A stretch of DNA of 58,421 bases, taken from Clostridia bacterium. Its GTDB lineage: Bacteria; Bacillota; Clostridia; Christensenellales; UBA1242. The stretch covers positions 1-58,421 of the forward strand of contig JAZLKE010000018.1 in NCBI GenBank assembly GCA_045597505.1, in the 5' to 3' direction. A program made the position numbers and the translations under genes. The number at the start of each line of letters is the position of its first letter. Within the stretch, counting starts at the first letter, position 1. The notes beneath the pieces are model-generated. The model saw nothing but the letters and a program-made list of their open reading frames with translations, had not been told where the DNA came from and made no database searches. Positions 39,131 through 47,066 of the stretch are shown piece after piece.

Positions 39131-40156
39131 TTATTTACCGTATTTTTGTTGCCAAGCTTCATTGGTAATTTTACGCATATACTTGATGGTTTCAACAGGG
39201 AATTGACCCATTGCGGTTTCTTCCGAAGTCATAACTGCATCAGTACCATCGTAAACAGCGTTCGCTACGTCAGTAGTTTCAGCACGGCTTGGACGTGGTT
39301 TTTGCATCATGTTCAACATCATTTCAGTAGCAACGATAACAAATTTATTTGCTTCGTTACATTTTTTAATCATTGATTTTTGAACAGTTGGCAATTTTTC
39401 GATTGGATATTCAACACCCAAATCGCCACGAGCGACCATTAAACCATCAGCTTCGGCAATAATTTCGTCCAAGTTTTGAACAGCTTGCACACTTTCAATT
39501 TTGGCGATAATTTTAATATCCTTACCAACGATTTCGCGCATTTCTTTAATATCTTGCGCACGATTAACAAAAGAAGCGAAAACGAAGTCAACTTTTTGTT
39601 CAACACCGAATTTCAAATCTTCAATGTCTTCTGGGCGTAAGAATTGTAAATGAACATCAACACCAGGGACAGCCATACTCTTATGGTTAGCCATTTTTCC
39701 ACCAACTTCAACATCCAAGACAATTTCTTTGTCTTTAACTTCTTTAACTTTGGTTACAATTAAACCATTGCAGATTAAAACAGTGTCACCTTTCTTAACA
39801 TATTTGTACAAATCATGATGAGAAATAGAAACACCTTGTTGGTTACCCATACGTTCATCGCAATACAACGAGAATGTATCACCAGCGTTAACGGTAATTT
39901 CACCGTTTTCAAAATCGCGCAAACGAATATCTGGGCCTTTGGTATCCAAAGCGATTTTAATATCCTTATTGTATTTTTTGTTTACTTCGCGAACTAATGC
40001 GAATTTGCGTCCATGTTCTTCATGGGTGCCATGGCTGAAATTACAACGGGCAATCGACATGCCAGCGTCAGCCAATGCTTTGATTGTTTCTTCTGTTTCG
40101 GAAGCAGGTCCGATAGTACAGACAATCTTGATTTCTTTTTGATGATTGCTTTCCAT
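39131..40156 (-). CDS. pyk: Pyruvate kinase (A and B domains only; no C-terminal domain)
   Basis: Has KIVCTIGPAS, NFSHG, DTKGPDIR, MVARGDLGVE and ATEMM motifs. The ORF ends right after the A-domain helix, at 341 aa. Confidence 0.85.
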   Translation of the reverse strand: MESNHQKEIKIVCTIGPASETEETIKALADAGMSIARCNFSHGTHEEHGRKFALVREVNKKYNKDIKIALDTKGPDIRLRDFENGEITVNAGDTFSLYCDERMGNQQGVSISHHDLYKYVKKGDTVLICNGLIVTKVKEVKDKEIVLDVEVGGKMANHKSMAVPGVDVHLQFLRPEDIEDLKFGVEQKVDFVFASFVNRAQDIKEMREIVGKDIKIIAKIESVQAVQNLDEIIAEADGLMVARGDLGVEYPIEKLPTVQKSMIKKCNEANKFVIVATEMMLNMMQKPRPSRAETTDVANAVYDGTDAVMTSEETAMGQFPVETIKYMRKITNEAWQQKYGK

Positions 40157-40164
40157 AAGTCAAA

Positions 40165-40719
40165 TTATAAAATAATTTGCATAATTTGGTCAATCGTTTT
40201 CTCTAAATCAACATTGTTAATCACATAATCATAATACTTAGCATCTAAAATACATTTATCATAATCATGTAAGCGTCTTTCGATATCTTCCGGTTTATCA
40301 CCACGGCCGATTAAACGCTTTTCAATTTCTTTTTTATCCGCGGTAATAAAAATTGTTGTAACATTTTCAAAACGCGATTTCAAGGCACGTACACCCACGA
40401 TATCACAATCTTTCAACGGAATTTTATTGGCGTTAAAAAGTTCCAAAATGTAGCGTTCACTCATGCCGCGTTTTTCGCCGTGGCGCACAGTGTGTTCAAA
40501 AATATCACCACTTGCTACCATACGGTCAAATTCATCATTACTTACAAAGTGGTAGGGGTTACCTTCACTTTCATACGGGCGCATCGCACGCGTTGCCACA
40601 GAAACCAATTTTCCAAAACGTTCAGGGTAGCGTTGCATCAAAGTTTTAATAATTGTATCTTTGCCCGCACCACTGGGACCTTCAATCACGACAATACGGT
40701 TGGCTGTTGTTTTTTCCAT
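40165..40719 (-). CDS. gmk: Guanylate kinase
   Basis: Has the GPSGAGK P-loop, TRAMRPYESEG..YHFV, and typical size. Confidence 0.8.
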   Translation of the reverse strand: MEKTTANRIVVIEGPSGAGKDTIIKTLMQRYPERFGKLVSVATRAMRPYESEGNPYHFVSNDEFDRMVASGDIFEHTVRHGEKRGMSERYILELFNANKIPLKDCDIVGVRALKSRFENVTTIFITADKKEIEKRLIGRGDKPEDIERRLHDYDKCILDAKYYDYVINNVDLEKTIDQIMQIIL

Positions 40720-40899
40720 AACCTAGCTTATATCAACAAAACAAAATAGTCAAAATGATTGAAACCCAATTTTCTTGGCTAAAATAAGAATACAATTTTA
40801 ACGCGGAGTAAAAAAAATATTTTACGCTAACAACCACACTAGTTATTATCATAAAATATTTTTTGTCTTATTATAGGCTGTAAGTATGTAAATAACTTT

Positions 40900-42288
40900 T
40901 TAATAGTTTCTACTTAACATTTCGTGAATTTTGGTTGGTAAATCCGCAATTTTGACACGGACTTGTTCCATAGCGTCACGGTCACGAATGGTCACACTGT
41001 TATCTTCCAAACTGTCATAGTCCACGGTAATGCAAAGTGGGGTACCGATTTCGTCTTGACGGCGGTAGCGTTTACCAATAGAACCCGCGTCATCGTAAGT
41101 AGCCGTGAATGTTTGTTGTAAGTCGCGGTATAACTTGGTCGCGGTTTCGGTTAAGCCTTTCTTTTGTAATGGCAAAACGCAAATTTGATACGGTGCCAAG
41201 TTGGATTTTAATTTCAAAACTACACGGGTGTCGCCGTCCGCCAAAGTTTCGGTACGGTAAGCATCGCACAAAATCGCCAAAAACAAACGTTCCACGCCTT
41301 GTGAACTTTCCACGACCGTGGGAATGTATTTTTCGTTGGTCATCGGGTCCAAATATTCCATTGATTTTTTGGACAAGTTTTGGTGGTTGGTTAAATCGTG
41401 TACACCGCGGTGGTGGGTACCGTTCAATTCGCCCCAACCAAACGGGAATTTATATTCCATATCACAGGCGGCTTTCGCATAGAAAACCAATTTTTCATGG
41501 TCATGGAAGCGTAAATTTTCCGCACGTACGCCCAAAACTTTGGTAATAAAATTCCAAATTTTTTGTTTGTATTTTTCGTACAGTGCCATGGATTGTTCCG
41601 CGTGACAGAACAATTGGTGTTCCATTTGCTCAAATTCGACGGTACGGAAAATAAAGTTACCTGGGGTGATTTCATTACGGAACGCTTTACCAATTTGACC
41701 AATACCGAAAGGTACTTTCAAACGCATACTGCGTTGGACGTTTTGAAAGTTGATGTATTCGCTTTGCGCGGTTTCTGGACGTAAGAAAATTTGGTCGGAG
41801 TTGTCTTTTGTAACACCGCGGTGGGTTTCAAACATTAAGTTAAATTGACGAATTGGCGTCCAATTGCACTTACCGCAATTCGGGCATACCAAGTGGTGTT
41901 GGTTGATATAATCTTCCAATGCTTGGTTTGTCCAGCCGTCCGCGTTAATGTTGGCGTCGCTGCTTTCAATTAATTTGTCGGCGCGGGTACGCGTTTTACA
42001 TTCTTTGCAATCCATTAACGGGTCGGAAAATCCGCTGACGTGACCACTGGCCACCCAAACATTGCGGTTCATTAAAATACCGCCGTCCAAACCAACACTG
42101 TTGTCATTAGTAGTAACAAATTCGCGCCACCATAATTGTTTAATGTGGTTCTTTAATTCCACACCTAATGGACCATAGTCCCAAGTGTTGGCTAAGCCGT
42201 CGTAAATATCTGAACCGGGGAAAACAAAGCCACGGCTTTTGCAAAGTGTAATAATATTTTCAATTGATGGGGTAGTTGATTCTGCCAT
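40900..42288 (-). CDS. glyQS: Glycyl-tRNA synthetase (alpha2 type)
   Basis: Has class II motifs (FRNEITPGNFIFRTVEFEQME, GVERL) and an anticodon-binding C-terminus. Confidence 0.9.
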   Translation of the reverse strand: MAESTTPSIENIITLCKSRGFVFPGSDIYDGLANTWDYGPLGVELKNHIKQLWWREFVTTNDNSVGLDGGILMNRNVWVASGHVSGFSDPLMDCKECKTRTRADKLIESSDANINADGWTNQALEDYINQHHLVCPNCGKCNWTPIRQFNLMFETHRGVTKDNSDQIFLRPETAQSEYINFQNVQRSMRLKVPFGIGQIGKAFRNEITPGNFIFRTVEFEQMEHQLFCHAEQSMALYEKYKQKIWNFITKVLGVRAENLRFHDHEKLVFYAKAACDMEYKFPFGWGELNGTHHRGVHDLTNHQNLSKKSMEYLDPMTNEKYIPTVVESSQGVERLFLAILCDAYRTETLADGDTRVVLKLKSNLAPYQICVLPLQKKGLTETATKLYRDLQQTFTATYDDAGSIGKRYRRQDEIGTPLCITVDYDSLEDNSVTIRDRDAMEQVRVKIADLPTKIHEMLSRNY

Positions 42289-42298
42289 AATTTGCTCC

Positions 42299-43582
42299 TT
42301 ATTTTTTCTTCAAAACGGTAATACCGTGCATATATTTGTGTAAAGCCACTGGAATGTTGACACTGCCGTCTGGGTTTTGGTATTGTTCCAAAATCGCAGG
42401 CAACACTCGTGAAGTGGCTAAGCCTGAACCGTTCAAGGTGTGTAACAATACAGTTTTGCCGTCCGCATCTTTGGTACGAATATTCGCGCGGCGGGCTTGA
42501 TAGTCGGTCGCATTAGAAACAGACGAAACTTCTTTATAACCTTTCATTGATGGAATGTAAACTTCCAAATCGTAGGTTTTTGCCATACTAGCGGAACAGT
42601 CACCTGCCGCCAAAGCCGTGGTTTGGAAATGCAAACCCAAACCTTCCAACAATTTTTGACCGTTGCGTACCAATTCTTCAAAGATTTGCGTGCTTTGGTC
42701 CGCAAAGCAGTACGCGAACATTTCTACTTTGTTGAATTGGTAACCACGAATCATGCCACGTTCGTCCGTACGATACGAACCCGCTTCTTTACGGTAGCAG
42801 GGGGTATAACTGAAATAACGAATTGGCAATTGTTTGGGGTCAATAATTTCGTCGCGATGTAAGTTTAACAAAGCCGTTTCCGCGGTCGGCAACATGAATT
42901 TGCTTTTCTTCGGGTCTTTGTCAAAGTCGGTGACGAACACGTCGTTAATAAACTTCGGGAATTGACCCGCGGCAAAACCGCTTTGATAGTTCAACAAATG
43001 CGGTGGCAAAATAAATTTGTAGCCGTTCGCAATGTGAAAGTCGATGAAATAATTTAACAACGCCCATTCCAACAATGCACCCGCGCCAGTATAAACCCAA
43101 GTCTTGGCTCCGCTTAATTTTGCGCCACGTTCATAATCAATCAAGCCCAAATTAGTTGCCAAAGTGACATGGTCTTGCCATTTGAAATCGAATTCTGGCT
43201 TTTTACCAAAAGTCGCAATCACGCGGTTGTTTTCTTTACCGCCCTCCACAACTTCGGGCAGTGGAATGTTCGGTAATGGTGCCAACACATCAAAAATCTT
43301 TTGTTCCAAAGTGGCCAGTTCTTGGTCGCCATGGGTAATCTTATCGCCAATGGCTTTCATTTCGGCGATTTGTTTAGAAGCGTCTTTACCTTCTTTTTTT
43401 AATTTTGCAATCATCGCACTGTTTTCGTTACGTTTTTGGCGACGGGCTTCATTGTTTTGAATTAAGTTGCGACGCGTATTATCTAACGCAATGACCGCAC
43501 TAAAATCAACTTGGCAACCTCTTTTCGCCAATTGTGCTTTGACCCAATCAGGGTTACTACGGATTAAGTTAATATCTAGCAT
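42299..43582 (-). CDS. serS: Seryl-tRNA synthetase
   Basis: Has an N-terminal coiled-coil arm and class II motifs (CYRKEAGS, TLNGSGLATSR). Confidence 0.95.
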   Translation of the reverse strand: MLDINLIRSNPDWVKAQLAKRGCQVDFSAVIALDNTRRNLIQNNEARRQKRNENSAMIAKLKKEGKDASKQIAEMKAIGDKITHGDQELATLEQKIFDVLAPLPNIPLPEVVEGGKENNRVIATFGKKPEFDFKWQDHVTLATNLGLIDYERGAKLSGAKTWVYTGAGALLEWALLNYFIDFHIANGYKFILPPHLLNYQSGFAAGQFPKFINDVFVTDFDKDPKKSKFMLPTAETALLNLHRDEIIDPKQLPIRYFSYTPCYRKEAGSYRTDERGMIRGYQFNKVEMFAYCFADQSTQIFEELVRNGQKLLEGLGLHFQTTALAAGDCSASMAKTYDLEVYIPSMKGYKEVSSVSNATDYQARRANIRTKDADGKTVLLHTLNGSGLATSRVLPAILEQYQNPDGSVNIPVALHKYMHGITVLKKK

Positions 43583-43626
43583 AACCCTATTATAATGAGT
43601 TTTGCTTTTGACTGCAATGTTTTTAG

Positions 43627-44340
43627 TTAGAATGTCGGAGTTTCGGAATCTTCGCTGTTACCAGCAATAATGGTTTTAATTTGGTCTTTTAATTCTTCTT
43701 CGTTAAATTCTGCGCGTTCGTTTGACCATGTGTACGTGATTTTATATGCTGGCGAAATTTCAAATTGGTCAAACTTCAAACCGTCCATATAAGCTAACAT
43801 TTTAATGGTGGGTTTCAAAAAACGACGACAACGATCTGGCAGGTTAGTGACGTATTTTTCGGACAACGAAATTTCGTACGGTTTGCCTTTATTGTCTTGG
43901 GTAATAATTAACGCTTTTTTGAACTTAAATATTTCAGTGTTACAAATTGACAAATGAATTTGGTCAATATCTTTTTGTTCTGCGCGGGAAAGTTGTAACA
44001 TCATAGTGGGCTTAACTTTGGCAAGTTCCAATTTAATTAATGGGTCCAAAGAATTGTTGCCGATTTCGGTCGTAAAACGTGCCGAAATATTAGGAAACAA
44101 ATGGTCAACATCGTCTGGTTCAAATTCCGAAGAGCCAATCACGACTTCGTAAGTTTTACGAATTTTATTACTTAACTTTGCCATTTCGCGTTGCGTAATG
44201 TCATAAAAAAACAAATTAGTAAAAATGTAAGCGCGTTGCAAACTGTTACGCACAATGGTGTGATTAGTTTCACAAACAATTTTTCCGTCTTCTAAAACAG
44301 TAAAGCAACGGTTAATTGCTTCGGCGCTGGCATAATTCAT
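43627..44340 (-). CDS. Hypothetical protein (237 aa) translationally coupled to dnaN
   Basis: TAATG stop/start overlap with dnaN. No motif recognised. Confidence 0.45.
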   Translation of the reverse strand: MNYASAEAINRCFTVLEDGKIVCETNHTIVRNSLQRAYIFTNLFFYDITQREMAKLSNKIRKTYEVVIGSSEFEPDDVDHLFPNISARFTTEIGNNSLDPLIKLELAKVKPTMMLQLSRAEQKDIDQIHLSICNTEIFKFKKALIITQDNKGKPYEISLSEKYVTNLPDRCRRFLKPTIKMLAYMDGLKFDQFEISPAYKITYTWSNERAEFNEEELKDQIKTIIAGNSEDSETPTF

Positions 44341-45446
44341 TATCCCAACCTCACTGGTAAGACTAAGAACAAATAGTCGCCACGTTTAGCACTGGTTACT
44401 ACGCAAGGTGCCAACGGAGTAGTGAACGATAATTTTACAAACTCGTCAGTAATGGTATTCAAAGCATCAAACATATATTTGCTGTTAAAAGCAATTTTAA
44501 TACTGGTTCCGTCCAAATTGGCAGGTACGCGTTCGTTGATTTGACCCATGTCGTTGTTAGCGTATAATTCCAAACTCTTATCGCCTGTGGTCAATGTTAA
44601 TAAGTTAATTTTGTTAGAACCTGATAACAAACCCGCACGACCCACGGCCGCCAATAATGGTGCTGTTTCTACAACCACGTTGCAATTAAATTCGGTCGGA
44701 ATAATTTGACGATAGTTGACGAAATCACCGTCAATCAAACGTGAAGCAAACACGGTACTGCCAAAAGCAATTTGTACAAACTTTTTGTCAACAACTAAAC
44801 CGATTTCTTCTTTGTCATCGGTCAACATACGACGCATTTCTTCCAAAGCACGGCCAGGGATAATCAACTTTGCCGAACCAGCTGGACGAACCAACGGTTT
44901 TACGATTTTAGCCAAACGGTAACCGTCCAACGCCACCGCGGTCAAAGTGTTACTGCTTTCGTCAACATCAAACAAAGCACCGCGCAAAACTGGACGCGCG
45001 TTGTCTTGGGCGGTAAATGGCGTCGTTTTGTTAATTACTTCGCGTAAGTCCGCGCCTTTCAAAAAGAACAATGGTTTCGCATCAAGGTTAATTAAATCTG
45101 GATATTCATTGATTGGCATGCAAGAAAAGTTACCGTCGTTGCCTTCGCCGTGTTCAATGACAGCGGCAATTTCCGAACTGGTAAAAGTAATTTGTCCTTG
45201 TCCAATTTTAGCAATATATTCGCCAAACAATTTACCCGGTAATAAAACCGCGCCTTCTTGTTTAACATCGGCATGAATTGTTTTACGAATATACAATTCC
45301 AAATCTGTCGCGAAGAAAGTTACTTCATTTCCTTTGGCTTCAATTTTAATACCTTCCAAAATCGGATTGACCGTTTTGCTGTTCGTACCGTGGGCAACAA
45401 TGGCAACCGCGGCCTTTAAATCTTCTCCATCACAAATAAATTTCAT
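44340..45446 (-). CDS. dnaN: DNA polymerase III beta sliding clamp
   Basis: Three-domain clamp pattern (NPILEGIKIEA..., ATDLELYI, ALDGYRLA, LPVRL C-terminus). Confidence 0.9.
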   Translation of the reverse strand: MKFICDGEDLKAAVAIVAHGTNSKTVNPILEGIKIEAKGNEVTFFATDLELYIRKTIHADVKQEGAVLLPGKLFGEYIAKIGQGQITFTSSEIAAVIEHGEGNDGNFSCMPINEYPDLINLDAKPLFFLKGADLREVINKTTPFTAQDNARPVLRGALFDVDESSNTLTAVALDGYRLAKIVKPLVRPAGSAKLIIPGRALEEMRRMLTDDKEEIGLVVDKKFVQIAFGSTVFASRLIDGDFVNYRQIIPTEFNCNVVVETAPLLAAVGRAGLLSGSNKINLLTLTTGDKSLELYANNDMGQINERVPANLDGTSIKIAFNSKYMFDALNTITDEFVKLSFTTPLAPCVVTSAKRGDYLFLVLPVRLG

Positions 45447-45502
45447 ACTAATATTATACCGAAATTAGCGGGTACTGTCTAATATTTTAATGAATTTCAA
45501 AA

Positions 45503-45531
45503 TTTACAAATTGCGCGTGGCGGGGTATAAT
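45503..45531 (+). promoter_or_regulatory. Sigma-70-type promoter of mnmA
   Basis: TTTACA, a 17-nt spacer, then TATAAT. The ATG at 45538 begins 6 nt after the -10 element. Confidence 0.5.
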
Positions 45532-45537
45532 ATCGCG

Positions 45538-46605
45538 ATGAAAGCCTTAATTGCAATGAGTGGTGGTGTCGATTCCAGTGTGTCGGCTTTGTTGACCAAA
45601 GAAAAAGGTTTGGATTGTATCGGCTGTACCATGAAACTGTATCATAATGAAGACGCCAATGTCAGCAGTGAAAAAACTTGTTGCAGTTTAGACGATGTCA
45701 ACGACGCGCGCAGTGTGGCAAACCGTTTGGGAATGCCTTATTACGTGTTTAATTTTACCGATGATTTCCGCGAGAAAGTCATTAACAAATTTATTGCTTG
45801 TTATGAACGTGGCATTACTCCGAACCCGTGCATTGACTGTAATCGTTACATGAAATTTGATAAACTTTATGAACGTGCCAAAGTTTTGGGGTGCGATTAC
45901 ATAGTAACGGGTCATTATGCGCGCATCGAAAAAATTGGCGAACAATATTATTTGAAAAAAGCGTTGGATTTGACCAAAGACCAAAGTTACGTTTTGTACA
46001 ATTTAACCGCCGAACAATTAGCGCATACCATGTTTCCGTTGGGTGAATTAAAGAAAACCCAAGTTCGCGAAATTGCGCGTGCGCATGGTTTTGTCAACGC
46101 GGACAAACACGAAAGCCAAGATATCTGTTTTGTGCCGAACGGCGATTATGCCCAAGTTATACAGCACCATACGGGTAAAACATATCCTACGGGAAACTTT
46201 GTGGATAAAAACGGTAAAGTTTTAGGTCAACATCGTGGCATTATTCATTATACCGTAGGTCAGCGTAAAGGGCTGGCGATTTCCGCGGATAAGCGTTTAT
46301 ATGTTTGTTCCATTTGTCCAGAAAATAACACGGTTTGCTTGTGTGATCGTGACGAATTATTGCAACCCGAAGCCCGCGCTGTTGAGTTCCATTGGATTAA
46401 CGGGACACCCGCGCAAAGCAAATTTGCTTGTAGTGTGAAAATTCGTTATAACCAAAAGGAACAACCCGCGACCGTGGAAGTCATCAAACCCGATGAAATT
46501 CGGATTGTTTTTGACCAACCGCAACGCGCGATTACCCCAGGGCAAGCGGCGGTTTTATACCAAGGCGACATTGTGTTAGGTGGCGGAATTTTGGTAAGGG
46601 GTTAA
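45538..46605 (+). CDS. mnmA: tRNA-specific 2-thiouridylase
   Basis: Has the AMSGGVDSS PP-loop, NPCIDCN and KDQSY motifs. The start is trimmed to MKALIAMSGG. Confidence 0.9.
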   Translation: MKALIAMSGGVDSSVSALLTKEKGLDCIGCTMKLYHNEDANVSSEKTCCSLDDVNDARSVANRLGMPYYVFNFTDDFREKVINKFIACYERGITPNPCIDCNRYMKFDKLYERAKVLGCDYIVTGHYARIEKIGEQYYLKKALDLTKDQSYVLYNLTAEQLAHTMFPLGELKKTQVREIARAHGFVNADKHESQDICFVPNGDYAQVIQHHTGKTYPTGNFVDKNGKVLGQHRGIIHYTVGQRKGLAISADKRLYVCSICPENNTVCLCDRDELLQPEARAVEFHWINGTPAQSKFACSVKIRYNQKEQPATVEVIKPDEIRIVFDQPQRAITPGQAAVLYQGDIVLGGGILVRG

Positions 46606-46905
46606 TTATTTGATAAATTCAAGGAGGGCCTTTTTCTTGTCGTCGGACAGGGATTTGAATTTTTCAAGGATGGCCATGTCGCTTTCGTAATTGGCAGGGG
46701 CGGGATAAAAGAACTTGGCGGCGGAACAGTTGCATTCTTCTAAAATGCGGAAAAAGACTTCCATGCTGGGTAGGAAATCTTTTTTAGTTTCTAAACGGTT
46801 GATATAACTTTCGTGCATGTCAATGTTGAGCGATAACTTACGGGCGGACAGTTTGGCGTCATTGCGAATCGTGTTAATTTTGCGGATAATTTCTGCTTTG
46901 TCCAT
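46606..46905 (-). CDS. XRE-family helix-turn-helix protein
   Basis: HTH-like sequence LSARKLSLNIDMHESYINRLE. The start is trimmed to MDKAEII. Confidence 0.55.
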   Translation of the reverse strand: MDKAEIIRKINTIRNDAKLSARKLSLNIDMHESYINRLETKKDFLPSMEVFFRILEECNCSAAKFFYPAPANYESDMAILEKFKSLSDDKKKALLEFIK

Positions 46906-46968
46906 CACTTTATTATAAATTATCGACCAGACAAATATCATTGAACCCTCGGTGGCAATCTTTAATAG

Positions 46969-47034
46969 ATTTCAATATTATATTGAAATATACTCAATAT
47001 TTTGTTGCTTTTATCGAATTGTATGTGTACAATT
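46969..47034. promoter_or_regulatory. Two palindromic operator-like sites in a divergent promoter region
   Basis: ATTTCAATAT-T-ATATTGAAAT (46969-46989) and AATTGTA-TGTG-TACAATT (47017-47034). Confidence 0.35.
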
Positions 47035-47066
47035 TTAGCAGATTTTAACAATTACAAAGGAGAAAT

